From Candidatus Melainabacteria bacterium 17Bon1m (GTDB lineage: Bacteria; Cyanobacteriota; Vampirovibrionia; Obscuribacterales; Obscuribacteraceae): a DNA stretch of 64,000 nt. Made by a program: the position numbers and the translations under genes. Below the pieces are notes generated by a model, which saw nothing but the letters and a program-made list of their open reading frames with translations, was not told the origin of the DNA and did not search any database. The stretch covers positions 1-64,000 of the forward strand of contig JAVLKG010000006.1 in assembly GCA_032128875.1 (NCBI GenBank). The letters run 5' to 3'. Every line of letters begins with the position of its first letter. The first letter of the stretch is position 1. Positions 9,563-19,549 of the stretch are shown here, in pieces.

Positions 9563-9752
9563 TGGCTAATTCACTTTCCGTCGTGCTGAAAGAACGCCGG
9601 GCACCCCAGAGGCTCGCTCAGACGTGCCTAAGGCATTATTCCACACCCCGATTCAATATGCGCCGCCTGGTAGCAGTCGACGCGCGAGCGTCATCGCTGG
9701 CAAGGGGTGGGCGAACGTCGCTCTAATCGAGCCGGAATACGAAGACTGTGAG

Positions 9753-11126
9753 TTATGTAGAAGCCAATGCCAGGTCTGAGATTGTCGTCTTGGGGGCGAG
9801 ATCTTCGAGAGCTTCGCCGTAAAGGTCATACGGTTTTGCTTCTGTAACTTGTACGCGAGTAAAGTCACCCAATACGCAGCGGTTGCCTTCTTCGTCGCGC
9901 ACATAGACCAAATTGTCTATATTGGGCGCATCCCATTGAGAGCGTCCGACATAAAGATTTTTCTTGTCGTCGTACGATTCGATAAGCACATCGATTACGC
10001 GTCCGACCATCTTTTGGTTTTGTTTGAAGGCGATCTCGTGTTGAATACTCATGATTTTTTTGCGACGCGCTTTCTTTACGCGTTCTGCAATCTGATTCGG
10101 CATATTGCCGCTTTCTACTTCGGTTTGCTTGGAGTAGGTAAAGACGCCCAGTCTGTCGAATTCGTACTTGGCGATGAAGTCGGCGAGGTGTTGCACTTGC
10201 TCTTCCGTCTCGCCCGGAAAGCCGACGATAAAAGTAGAGCGGATCTTCACATCCGGTACCAGTGCACGAATTCTTTCGACCACCTTTTCCGGATGCAGCG
10301 GGCGCGCCATTGATTTGAGAACTTCAGGATGGCTGTGCTGGAGCGGAATATCGACATACTTAACGACTTTCGGCAAGCGCGCCATTGTCTTCAAGAACTC
10401 GTCTGATGTCTCGGTCGGATAGCAGTACATGACGCGGAGCCAGTCCAGCTCTTCGATTTCATGCAACGCTTCGAGCAGTTCCGGCAGTGCCTGACGTTTG
10501 TAAATGTCCAGTCCGTAATAAGTCGAATCCTGCGAAACGAGAATGATTTCTCGCACTCCGGTGTTTACCAAAACGCGTGCTTCTTTTACGAGAGATTCGA
10601 TTGAGCGTGAGCGGAAATCTCCACGCAGCATCGGAATAATGCAGAAAGTGCAGCGGTGATCGCAGCCTTCGGCGATCTTTAGATAGGCCGAAGCACCGAC
10701 GCCCGTCATCATGCGCGGCAAAACTTCGTCGTTGTAGTCATTGGGAACGTCGCTCACTTCGACAACGCGCAAAGACGAGTCGCTTGAAACAGCTTGATAG
10801 ACTTCCACAATTTTCGCGATGTCGCCTGTTCCGACGACTGCACGCGCTTCAGGAATTTCGGCAAGAAGCTCTTCTTTGAAGTGTTGAGCCATGCAGCCAG
10901 CGACAATCAGTTGTTTTCCTTGATCCGCCAGTTCTACCAGCGTCCGAACTGATTCTTGCCTTGCATCGCCGATGAAAGAGCAGGTGTTGACCAGGCACAT
11001 CTCGGCTTCTTCATTGTCGAAGGTGACCTCCACTCCTGCTTGATTCAAAAGACCAAGCATGACTTCAGTGTCGGTTTGATTCTTCGGGCACCCGAGGGAC
11101 ACCACGCCTAGGCGGGGTTTGCGCAT
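9753..11126 (-). CDS. rimO: Ribosomal protein S12 methylthiotransferase
   Basis: SLGCPKN, NTCSFI, AYLKIAEGCDHRCTFC radical-SAM motif, C-terminal TRAM domain; AAGGAG RBS. Confidence 0.95.
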   Translation of the reverse strand: MRKPRLGVVSLGCPKNQTDTEVMLGLLNQAGVEVTFDNEEAEMCLVNTCSFIGDARQESVRTLVELADQGKQLIVAGCMAQHFKEELLAEIPEARAVVGTGDIAKIVEVYQAVSSDSSLRVVEVSDVPNDYNDEVLPRMMTGVGASAYLKIAEGCDHRCTFCIIPMLRGDFRSRSIESLVKEARVLVNTGVREIILVSQDSTYYGLDIYKRQALPELLEALHEIEELDWLRVMYCYPTETSDEFLKTMARLPKVVKYVDIPLQHSHPEVLKSMARPLHPEKVVERIRALVPDVKIRSTFIVGFPGETEEQVQHLADFIAKYEFDRLGVFTYSKQTEVESGNMPNQIAERVKKARRKKIMSIQHEIAFKQNQKMVGRVIDVLIESYDDKKNLYVGRSQWDAPNIDNLVYVRDEEGNRCVLGDFTRVQVTEAKPYDLYGEALEDLAPKTTISDLALAST

Positions 11127-11173
11127 GTTGAACTCTCCTTCGGCGGTTTCACTGCACTAAGATAAGCGAGTTG

Positions 11174-11313
11174 GCCGCTATATTTCCTGCCGCGTTGGTC
11201 TTTGAATTGCCGCAGAGCAGATTGCATTGATGCATCGGGGCACGCCGCATGATGCATCGACGCATCGCTCCATTGCTGCCGCAATTAGAAACTGCCGCAT
11301 TCAGAATTACCGC
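11174..11313. repeat. Intergenic cluster of short GCCGC/GCGGC repeats plus two TGATGCATCG copies
   Basis: GCCGC at 11174, 11189, 11209, 11244, 11278, 11294 and ACCGC at 11309; TGATGCATCG at 11228 and 11250. Confidence 0.7.
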
Positions 11314-11357
11314 TTCGCCTGAGACGTTAACGCGCTCTAAGAGTGCATCCGCTCAAC

Positions 11358-12419
11358 CTAGTCGGTATCCAAGCGACCATCAGTATAACTGGAACCGCTG
11401 CGTCTAAGCGACTCGCCGGGGATATAAGAATCTCCGCCGACCGGCGCAAGACGCCGCCTGGGCGCCACTGCGGCACCATCGCCTGATGGGCGACGTGTTA
11501 CCTTCTTTACAATTGGTTTGACCACAGCCGTGCCGGCTGCAGGAGTTGTGGCGGTAGCATCGGTCGGAGTTGTCCCGGCGGCTGCTTTAGCCATGAATGT
11601 TTTCTCAGTAATCTTGCCTGGCAGACCGAAAGTCGACGACTTGCCATTTTGCTCTACCGAAAGGCTGCCGCCGTTGCCGGCTCTGATGCGCAAGCCCTGC
11701 GCATCCTGGAAGTCTCTTCTGTCACCGGCTTCAAGATAGCCGGTGAAGAGTGAATCGCCTGTGGCAATTGATTTTACTTCGACCCAGACGTGCTGGCTGG
11801 CAGAGAGTGAAACGCGGCTATCAGTCGGCTCTGTGTCACCGGGATTTGCTGCGGCCGTCTTGTCCGACGCAAGCGGAGGCGCACCTGAGGGCGAAACGCT
11901 GGAGAAACGATTGGGCAAGTCTCGGGTTTGAAGAATGTTTTGCGAATCTTGCACTGACTGGTTATTGGAATTCCACCAGAAAAGGAAGGTGATAAGTCCG
12001 AGAATGACGATGATCCAGAATACGGAAACGCCCATGGTTCTAAGGATTCCGGGGCCACCGCCCTGTTCCATTTTTACTGTTCGAACATGCGGAGGAGCCA
12101 TCATTACAGGTTGCATTGGTCTGTCGAGAACGGCGCCTCTTTTGCGTCCGTTGCCGTTTGAACCTTCAGTCTGGCTGCGATATTCCTCAACTAAAGACTG
12201 TGGATTGAGACCAACGCATTCGGCATATCGACGAATAAATCCAGATACATATACCGGCTCCGGCAGGTCTTCTGCAGCGCCGTTGTCGATTGACTGCAAG
12301 TGATTGACCGGTATCTTGGTGCGCTGATATATATCCGAAAGTGACAGTCCCTGTCCTTCTCTTGCTGATTTCAGCTTTTGACCAATCGACTCGAGCACCA
12401 TATCCGTCGCTATACTCAC
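11358..12419 (-). CDS. rodZ: RodZ-like cell shape protein (HTH_25 + TM + DUF4115)
   Basis: IGQKLKSAREGQGLSL HTH, 'LPEPVYVSGFIRRYAECVGL', TM helix, 'WVEV...LRIRAGNGG' DUF4115. Confidence 0.8.
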   Translation of the reverse strand: MSIATDMVLESIGQKLKSAREGQGLSLSDIYQRTKIPVNHLQSIDNGAAEDLPEPVYVSGFIRRYAECVGLNPQSLVEEYRSQTEGSNGNGRKRGAVLDRPMQPVMMAPPHVRTVKMEQGGGPGILRTMGVSVFWIIVILGLITFLFWWNSNNQSVQDSQNILQTRDLPNRFSSVSPSGAPPLASDKTAAANPGDTEPTDSRVSLSASQHVWVEVKSIATGDSLFTGYLEAGDRRDFQDAQGLRIRAGNGGSLSVEQNGKSSTFGLPGKITEKTFMAKAAAGTTPTDATATTPAAGTAVVKPIVKKVTRRPSGDGAAVAPRRRLAPVGGDSYIPGESLRRSGSSYTDGRLDTD

Positions 12420-12457
12420 TTATTGCTTTCCTAGTAACGTCGCGTATGCGAGCGTAT

Positions 12458-13201
12458 TTACTTAACGATCTGCTTGCTGGTTTTTAGCAGGGACACCTCG
12501 GAATCCATTAAGTGCCGCCACTGACCTGGTTCCTTCAGGTTCAATTGTAACGCACCAATCCGCTCTCTGACCAATCGAAGCACGTTATAACCTACCTTGG
12601 CACACATCCGTCTAATCTGACGGTTGCGACCTTCTGAGATGACGATGACGAAGGTGGACAGGTTTCCTGAGCGCTTTAATGTATGAATCCGCGCCGGCTG
12701 TGTCTTTCCTTCTGACAACCACACTCCTTCGCTCAGTGTTCTGATAGCGGCCGGCTCAATCAGTCCGTCGACGGTTACTCTGTATGTTTTTTCGACGTGG
12801 TGAGAGGGGTGGGTAAGAGTTTGCGCCAAAACTCCATCATTGGTCAGAACGATCATGCCTTCCGAATCTCTATCCAGCCTTCCGACCGGCTTTAAATGCT
12901 GAAGTTCTGGCGGCATCAAATCAATAACGGTCCGCCGCCCTTTCTCGTCATCGCAAGTCGTGACCACGCCTTTGGGTTTGTACAGGACAACGTAATCGTA
13001 GTCTTTCTTATATAAAGGTTTGCCGTCTACTTGAATGCGGTCCTTCGCCGGATTTACCTGCATAGATAAGTCCTGGGCGAGGACGCCATTTACTTTGACG
13101 CGCCTTGATTTAATAAGCTCGTCCGCATCACGGCGCGAGCAAATGCCGGTTGCTGCAATTGCCCGATTCAGACGCAGTTTTTCAGGCTCTTTTGCGACCA
13201 T
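12458..13201 (-). CDS. rRNA pseudouridine synthase, RsuA/RluB family
   Basis: S4 domain (RLNRAIA...SRRDAD), GRLDRDSEG catalytic motif, EGRNRQIRRM. Confidence 0.95.
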   Translation of the reverse strand: MVAKEPEKLRLNRAIAATGICSRRDADELIKSRRVKVNGVLAQDLSMQVNPAKDRIQVDGKPLYKKDYDYVVLYKPKGVVTTCDDEKGRRTVIDLMPPELQHLKPVGRLDRDSEGMIVLTNDGVLAQTLTHPSHHVEKTYRVTVDGLIEPAAIRTLSEGVWLSEGKTQPARIHTLKRSGNLSTFVIVISEGRNRQIRRMCAKVGYNVLRLVRERIGALQLNLKEPGQWRHLMDSEVSLLKTSKQIVK

Positions 13202-13285
13202 GCTATCGGTATCGTATATGGTGGCGCGAGCCGGGCTGCTTTATTCTAATTTGCCTATGCAGACCTGCCGCGGCGGTGAGGCGTT

Positions 13286-13630
13286 TTAGCCTGATGTAGC
13301 CGACTCGACGTCGTCAACTAGAGTTTGTGTGCTGTGACCAGCCATCTCTTGAATCTTGTTGGAGATTGCCGACTTCTTGTCATTGAAATTATCTTTAGCG
13401 GTGCGCAAAACTTCCTCACCACGGTGTTGGAAGTCATTCAATGCATGTTCAGCCTTACCGCGAAAATCTGTCAATTGATCGCTGGCATTCTTATAGAGGT
13501 CTTCGCCACCGTCTGCAATCTGTCTTCTCAGATCGGCGCCGGACTTGGGCGCTGCCAGCATTCCAAATAGGAAGCCCATGATTCCGCCGACTAAAAGTCC
13601 TTCAAAAAATCTACCGCTTGAGTCCGACAT
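13286..13630 (-). CDS. YtxH-domain protein
   Basis: FFEGLLVGGIMGFLFGMLAAPKSGADLR signature followed by amphipathic helices. Confidence 0.9.
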   Translation of the reverse strand: MSDSSGRFFEGLLVGGIMGFLFGMLAAPKSGADLRRQIADGGEDLYKNASDQLTDFRGKAEHALNDFQHRGEEVLRTAKDNFNDKKSAISNKIQEMAGHSTQTLVDDVESATSG

Positions 13631-13651
13631 TTTCTTCACCTCGGTCCATCG

Positions 13652-14143
13652 TTAACTGCTTAACTGTCTGTTGTCTTTACTGGACTTGTCCCTAATGTTT
13701 TCTGTGCCCCGTCCATGGGCGCTCGTCTCACCATGTGAACCTTCTTTGTTCCCCTGACCGCTCAAGTATGCCTTGAAGCCCGCCAGCAGACCGGTTCCCC
13801 ACACATTGGATTCTTTTTTAGCCGAGTCGGTCACCTTGGTAAGGTTGCCAGTCACGTCCTCGACTTTTGTACCCACGTCAGTAATGCTTTGCTGCGCTAC
13901 CGACTGAATTTTTATTACTCCGCCTGCCAACTTGCTGACTTCACGCAATGTGGGCGCCAGCTCGGTTTCCAGGGTAGTTGCCAGCTTCTCGTAAGCAGTC
14001 AGGGTCCGGTTCACCTGTGGCACCAGCTGCCCGCAGGCGACCACAACACCGACCAGTCCCACGCTCAAAAGAGCCAGGGCGCCAACAACCAGGAAATCCA
14101 GTGTATGTGTCAATTCCAAAGTGTAAGCCTCAATCCGGGTCAA
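13652..14143 (-). CDS. DUF948/YtxG-like membrane-anchored coiled-coil protein
   Basis: N-terminal TM, 'ELAPTLREV' coiled coil, lies between two YtxH genes. Confidence 0.7.
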   Translation of the reverse strand: MTRIEAYTLELTHTLDFLVVGALALLSVGLVGVVVACGQLVPQVNRTLTAYEKLATTLETELAPTLREVSKLAGGVIKIQSVAQQSITDVGTKVEDVTGNLTKVTDSAKKESNVWGTGLLAGFKAYLSGQGNKEGSHGETSAHGRGTENIRDKSSKDNRQLSS

Positions 14144-14175
14144 TACCAGGTCTAAAATCAGCAGGCTGAATCGGT

Positions 14176-14535
14176 CTACCGGTGTTGAAACGGCAAAACG
14201 GTCGATCCGCCCATTTCAAGCTCTTCACGCTTTTTGGCGGCTGCCAGCTTTCCAGCTGCTACAGCGCGTTTTAAGCGCAAAGTTTGATCTTCGATCAGAA
14301 CCTGGCAGTAATTGAGCGCGGAGGCATAGAGATCGATGGAATCGTCAACCAATTCACTTGCCTTTTCTGGCAAATGATTAGCCGTCTCCTTGATAACGCC
14401 TCTAACTTCACTTCCGGATTTCGGTGCTACCAGAAGCGCTACGGTCACACCGCCAGCGGCTCCCAGAAGAAGACCCAAAAACCAGGCTGCAAAGCCCGAG
14501 TCAGACGATCTTTCATCGTTGGCATATTTGCTCAT
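14176..14535 (-). CDS. YtxH-domain protein
   Basis: FLGLLLGAAGGVTVALLVAPKSGSEVR; ATG 14535 after AAGGAG. Confidence 0.85.
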   Translation of the reverse strand: MSKYANDERSSDSGFAAWFLGLLLGAAGGVTVALLVAPKSGSEVRGVIKETANHLPEKASELVDDSIDLYASALNYCQVLIEDQTLRLKRAVAAGKLAAAKKREELEMGGSTVLPFQHR

Positions 14536-14853
14536 CGACTGCAAAACTCCTTCCAAGAATGCTTGCTTTCCGGCAAATTTGCTTGCCTAATGCCGTCTCA
14601 CGCGTGTTGGCATGATTTGGCATGGGAGCCGGTGAGCAAGCTCATTTTGATTGCCTTAATCCGTTTGACAATCACTGTGGAGTATACCATCCAAAAGCCT
14701 GAAAATAGTCAAGGTACGGGGCAAACTGCCGATCGCGCCGAAGCGCTACTGCTTGGGTGTGAGGCGTTCGACCAATAGCAAATGACCTGCCTGTGTGGTT
14801 TGAAGGTCACAACAAAGCTTTACAGGCGCGTGTCACATAAATCAGGCGAACGG

Positions 14854-16122
14854 TTAGTCGGCGCTCGCCGGTGCTGTTTCTGCTGTCGAAAAACGGCTAG
14901 CGATGATGTCGCAAAGGTGCTCGGCAATCGCTCGCTTGGGCATGCGCGGCAGATTTTCTCTGCTGCCGTCGGCTGAAAGAATAACGACAGCATTGTCGTC
15001 GCTGCCAAAGCCGATATCCGGAACAGTGATGTCATTGCCGACAATTACATCGAGATTTTTGCGCTTAAGCTTCTGTGCTGCGTTGCTCAGCAATTCTTCG
15101 GATTCGGCTGCAAAGCCGATGATGAATTGATCGTCGGTCTTGACTCGTCCGAGCAAATCCAGAATATCGGGATTTTTCGTCAATTCGAGGGAGAAGTCTT
15201 CTTTGACCGATTTTTTGATCTTCTGATTAGAGAAGCCCAGCGGTCGGAAATCGGCTACAGCAGCGGTCATTACCAGAGCATCACAGCCGTCGAATTCTGC
15301 TTCGACTGTTTCTTGCATCTCTAAGGCTGTTTCTACTAGTAGAACGTTGTAGGCTCTGTCGACTTCGACTGTGGACACGAGCGTTACTTCAGCGCCACGA
15401 GCATAAGCCGCATCAGCCATGGCGATGCCCATTTTGCCCGAAGATCTGTTGCCGATGAAACGTACAGGATCAATTGGTTCTCTAGTGCCACCGGCGGTGA
15501 CAATGACGCGGCGGCCCGCCAGCGTGCGGTGCTCGAGAAGGCAAGCGGCGGCGGCAGCCACGATGGTTTCGACAGCAGCCATCTTGCCTGTTCCGAAATC
15601 ACCGCAAGCCAATTCGCCGTAGTCTGCGGCGATCAGGTCGTAGCGGTAGTGGTTTTGAAGAGTGGCAAGATTGTTTTGAGTGGCTGGGTGAGCAAGCATT
15701 TTCGGGTTCATCGCCGGTGCCAGCATGATTTTTGCATTGGAGGCGAGTATCATGGTAGTCAACAGGTCGTCGCACATTCCTGTTGCCATCTTGGCGATGA
15801 TGTCGGCTGTTGCCGGTGCGACCAGGATCAGATCTGCTTTCTTAGCTAACTCGATGTGCTCCGGACGCCAATCGGCTTGTGCTTGAAACTGCTCACAATG
15901 CGACGGATTGCGGGTAATTGTCGTCAGTGAAAGTTGGGTTACGAATTCGCGTGCGTTGGGAGTGAGCACTGCATGTACGTCCGCTCCTGCGCGCCTGAGC
16001 ATTGAGGCAATGTCGCATGCCTTGTATGCAGCAATGCCGCCCGCTACTCCCAAAATTATTGTTTTGCCGTGGAGAGGGTTAACCTCAGCAAAGTTGTTAT
16101 CGCGCTTCTTATTTCTTGGCAT
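14854..16122 (-). CDS. coaBC: Bifunctional phosphopantothenoylcysteine decarboxylase/ligase
   Basis: GGIAAYKA, APATAD, PAMN, TAGGTREPIDPVRFIGNRSSGKMG, GFAAE. Confidence 0.97.
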   Translation of the reverse strand: MPRNKKRDNNFAEVNPLHGKTIILGVAGGIAAYKACDIASMLRRAGADVHAVLTPNAREFVTQLSLTTITRNPSHCEQFQAQADWRPEHIELAKKADLILVAPATADIIAKMATGMCDDLLTTMILASNAKIMLAPAMNPKMLAHPATQNNLATLQNHYRYDLIAADYGELACGDFGTGKMAAVETIVAAAAACLLEHRTLAGRRVIVTAGGTREPIDPVRFIGNRSSGKMGIAMADAAYARGAEVTLVSTVEVDRAYNVLLVETALEMQETVEAEFDGCDALVMTAAVADFRPLGFSNQKIKKSVKEDFSLELTKNPDILDLLGRVKTDDQFIIGFAAESEELLSNAAQKLKRKNLDVIVGNDITVPDIGFGSDDNAVVILSADGSRENLPRMPKRAIAEHLCDIIASRFSTAETAPASAD

Positions 16123-16302
16123 ATTGCTGACTCTCCCGGGGTCATAAACCTCACCTGTATTATTATGTGACTATCGTGGATTCTTCGCTAGCCGCTTTAC
16201 TTCTCGGCTTGTTTAGATTTCGCGCTTTCGGCGCCTTTATGGTTCACAAAAAGAGCCGCTTTGCCGGACTGGCTCTGGTTCTAGCTTTCACAGGGAGAGC
16301 AA

Positions 16303-17889
16303 ATGGAAAAGTTTTACGTAACGACAGCCATCGACTACGTGAATGCGTCACCGCATATCGGTCATGCGTATGAAAAGATAGCCGCCGATGTTTTGGCTCG
16401 CTTTCACCGTATTCGAGGCAAGGATGTTTTCTTCCTGACTGGCGTCGATGAGCACGGTATCAAGGTAGAGCGCACGGCCGCTGCCGCAGGTAAGAGCCCG
16501 CAGGAATTTGTCGACGAGATGTCGGCGAAGTTCAAAGCAGCCTGGGAAAAATTGAATGTCGTTCCTGACCGTTTTATTCGCACGACTGAAGATGAGCATA
16601 AAAAGGTCGTGCAAGAGATGTTTCGCCGCATGCAAGAGAAAGGCGACATCTATAAATCTTCTTACACCGGTCACTATTGTGAAGGCTGCGAAGACTTTGT
16701 GCGTGAGCGCGATTTAGATGAGCAAGGCAATTGCCCCAATCACAAGAAGCCGCCGCGTCAAGTAAGCGAAGAAAACTATTTCTTCAAACTGAGCAAATAC
16801 AAAGATGCGATCCGCAAGTGGATGACAGAAGATCCTAGTCGCGTACAGCCGGACGGTCGCCGCAAGGAAGTTTTGAATCAGCTTGAAGATCCTGAAGTCA
16901 CAGACTTCAGCGTCTCACGCAGCAAGAATTCCCTGAAGTGGGGTATTCCTGTGCCGGGCGATGAAGATCAAGTCATTTATGTGTGGATTGATGCTCTGAC
17001 TAACTATTTCACAGGTGGTGGTGGGTTCGAGGGCAATGGCTATTGGCCTGCCACTCTGCATTTAGTTGGTAAGGACATCATCAAATTTCACTGCATTTAC
17101 TGGCCTGCAATGCTTATGGCTGCGGGTGTCGAATTGCCTGCAGGCGTTTTTGCGCACGGATTTATTACTGTCGAAGGACAGAAGATCAGTAAATCACTGG
17201 GCAACGTAATCGATCCGATTGCTCTGGTTGAGCAGTACGGCGCTGACGCGGTTCGTTACTCACTTTTCTCAGGTAGTGCTTTCGATCAAGACGGAGACTT
17301 CTCCGGCAAAGAATTGATCAGACGAGTGAATTCCGAATTGGCTAACAATGTGGGCAACCTGCTTAATCGCAGTTTGACTCTCGTCGATAAAAATTGCGGT
17401 GGAAAAGTTCCTGATTGCAAACCCGAAAATCTGGTTCGCAAGCAAGCAAATCTCATTCATGAAACTGTCGATGAGCACATGAAGAAGTACGATTTTTCCG
17501 GTGCCATCAACGCAATTTTGGCGCTTGTCGATCAGGCCAACAAATATATGAATGATGAGAAGCCCTGGACTTTGTTCAAAGAAGGGAAACAGAAAGAAGG
17601 GGAAGAAGTGCTATTCACCTGCTTGGAAGTGCTTCGCCGCACGGCCATGAACCTCTATCCTTTCACGCCTGAACTGGCGCAGAAGATGTGGTATCAACTC
17701 GGATACGATGACGAAGTCGGCAAGATCGGCGATTCGGTTAGAGACGATGGTTTCTTTGACTTGATTCCCGCTGGTCAGACAGTGCGCAATCAGGGTCCGA
17801 TATTCAAGCGTATTGAAGATGGCGATGGCGGTTCGGACGGCGACAAGGCTGGTTCGGAAGTAGCAAAGTCTGGAAAAGGCAAGAAATAG
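16303..17889 (+). CDS. metG: Methionine--tRNA ligase (short form, no C-terminal tRNA-binding appendix)
   Basis: FYVTTAIDYVN, HIGH, YVWIDAL, GKDIIKFH, KISKS. Confidence 0.97.
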   Translation: MEKFYVTTAIDYVNASPHIGHAYEKIAADVLARFHRIRGKDVFFLTGVDEHGIKVERTAAAAGKSPQEFVDEMSAKFKAAWEKLNVVPDRFIRTTEDEHKKVVQEMFRRMQEKGDIYKSSYTGHYCEGCEDFVRERDLDEQGNCPNHKKPPRQVSEENYFFKLSKYKDAIRKWMTEDPSRVQPDGRRKEVLNQLEDPEVTDFSVSRSKNSLKWGIPVPGDEDQVIYVWIDALTNYFTGGGGFEGNGYWPATLHLVGKDIIKFHCIYWPAMLMAAGVELPAGVFAHGFITVEGQKISKSLGNVIDPIALVEQYGADAVRYSLFSGSAFDQDGDFSGKELIRRVNSELANNVGNLLNRSLTLVDKNCGGKVPDCKPENLVRKQANLIHETVDEHMKKYDFSGAINAILALVDQANKYMNDEKPWTLFKEGKQKEGEEVLFTCLEVLRRTAMNLYPFTPELAQKMWYQLGYDDEVGKIGDSVRDDGFFDLIPAGQTVRNQGPIFKRIEDGDGGSDGDKAGSEVAKSGKGKK

Positions 17890-17926
17890 GCCCGATCCAA
17901 TCCACTTAGCCTCCATATCCTCTAAT

Positions 17927-18922
17927 ATGGTTGGGGGAGACTTAAGCGTGACCGAAGCAAATCCGCAGGCAGAAAATCAAACGGACGTTCAACGGGCTTC
18001 TATTGCACCCGCAGAAAAAGTTGGCTTGATTCTCAAATTGATTCGACCAAAACAATGGGCGAAAAATTTGATTGTTTTTGCACCTGCGCTTTTTTCTGGC
18101 AAAATTTTTGAACCTGCTACTTTGTCGGCTGCTTCTCTCTGCTTCGTTGCCTTTTGCATGTGCGCAAGCGCAGTTTATGTCGTCAACGATGTATTAGATT
18201 GCAAGTCCGATCGTTTGCATCCGAAAAAGAAAAACCGTCCGGTTGCTTCCGGAAAAATCAGTGTTCCTCTAGCGCTGTCGCTAGGTGTCATTTGCGCTGC
18301 AATTGCTCTATCGATTGGATTTCTTGTTCGACCAACAGTCGATGTTTTCTTGCTTGTGTATTTCGTCTTAATGATGTTCTATGCACTTGTTTTGAAACAT
18401 TATGTACTGCTCGACGTATTTGCAATCGCTGCGGGATTCGTATTGCGTGCAGCGGCAGGCGCTGCAGCCGCTGGAGTTGAATCATCCGGCTGGTTCTTAG
18501 CATGCACCTCATTTGGTGCCCTCTTCTTGGGGCTTGAAAAGCGACGCCAAGAAACAATGCTTTTGAAAAACAATGCTGCTTCGCACAGAAAAACTTTGAA
18601 TGCCTATTCACCGGAATTGGTAGACCGCATGGAAGCTGTGATTGTGCCAAGTCTGGTCACATGCTACGCCTTTTATACATTCCAGTCGTATCACGGTCAG
18701 TGGATGATGCTTACTCTTCCGTTTGTTCTTTATGGCGTGATGCGCTATCAAGTTTTGTCCGTCCGTTCGGATGAAACCGGCGCGCCCGATGAAGTTTTAT
18801 GGAAAGATCGCGGTATTCAAATCACGCTTTTGCTCTGGATCTTGACCAGTGCCGGTGTAGTTTACGACGTGATACCAAAATTCTTTCAGATGACTTCGAC
18901 CTTCTTGGACGGACTTAGATAG
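17927..18922 (+). CDS. UbiA-family prenyltransferase (decaprenyl-phosphate phosphoribosyltransferase-like)
   Basis: RPKQWAKNL, YVVNDVLD..DRLHPKK..RPVASG, multiple TM helices. Confidence 0.88.
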   Translation: MVGGDLSVTEANPQAENQTDVQRASIAPAEKVGLILKLIRPKQWAKNLIVFAPALFSGKIFEPATLSAASLCFVAFCMCASAVYVVNDVLDCKSDRLHPKKKNRPVASGKISVPLALSLGVICAAIALSIGFLVRPTVDVFLLVYFVLMMFYALVLKHYVLLDVFAIAAGFVLRAAAGAAAAGVESSGWFLACTSFGALFLGLEKRRQETMLLKNNAASHRKTLNAYSPELVDRMEAVIVPSLVTCYAFYTFQSYHGQWMMLTLPFVLYGVMRYQVLSVRSDETGAPDEVLWKDRGIQITLLLWILTSAGVVYDVIPKFFQMTSTFLDGLR

Positions 18923-18923
18923 T

Positions 18924-19424
18924 TTGAAAAACACAGCCGAGATCACTGTTCGCGCTGCTGAACTTATGGATGGCGACGCCGTCTGGTCAGTGATAGAACC
19001 TGTCATCAGAGCGGGCGAAACATATGCTCTCCCTCGTGATATGACACGGCTGGATGGACTTAAATACTGGTTTTCTGAAGAGCACGAAGTATTTGTCGCA
19101 TGCGAGGGCGACAAAATTTTAGGAACGTATTTCTTGAAGTCTAATCACTTGGGCGGTGGCTCACATGTTGCCAATGCCGGCTATATTACTGCCGCTAATG
19201 CAACGGGCAGAGGCGTAGCGAAGAAGATGCTGGACGACTCTCTGCAACGCGCCCTCGCGCGTGGCTTCAGTGCCATGCAATTCAATTTCGTCATCAGCTC
19301 TAATGAATCTGCAGTGAGGCTCTGGCAGAAAAACGGATTTGCAATCGTCGGAACGTTGCCGGGAGCTTTTCGCCATCCTCATCTTGGTTTCGTCGACGCC
19401 TATGTAATGTTCCGCAAGTTGTAG
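18924..19424 (+). CDS. GNAT-family N-acetyltransferase
   Basis: AGETYA, GGSHVANAGY, ATGRGVA motif A, MQFNFV..N..AV.LW..GF. Confidence 0.92.
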   Translation: MKNTAEITVRAAELMDGDAVWSVIEPVIRAGETYALPRDMTRLDGLKYWFSEEHEVFVACEGDKILGTYFLKSNHLGGGSHVANAGYITAANATGRGVAKKMLDDSLQRALARGFSAMQFNFVISSNESAVRLWQKNGFAIVGTLPGAFRHPHLGFVDAYVMFRKL

Positions 19425-19450
19425 GGGCGACGCCTTCGCCCGGCTTTTTT
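19421..19450 (+). repeat. GTAG-type REP-like palindrome, possibly also a terminator
   Basis: GTAG-GGGCGA-CGCCT-TCGCCC then a T run; overlaps the GNAT stop codon. Confidence 0.5.
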
Positions 19451-19499
19451 AAAACTATTTTCTGGCGCCCGTTTAATGTTCGGGGGATGTAAAAGGCAT

Positions 19500-19537
19500 A
19501 AAATGAACGTTGAACGATTTTGTTCAATGTTCATTTT
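19500..19537. promoter_or_regulatory. Palindromic operator, probably bound by the downstream TetR
   Basis: AAAATGAACGTTGAAC-GATTTT-GTTCAATGTTCATTTT: 16-bp arms with one mismatch, immediately before the GGAGG RBS of the P450. Confidence 0.7.
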
Positions 19538-19549
19538 GGAGGTCTGAAT

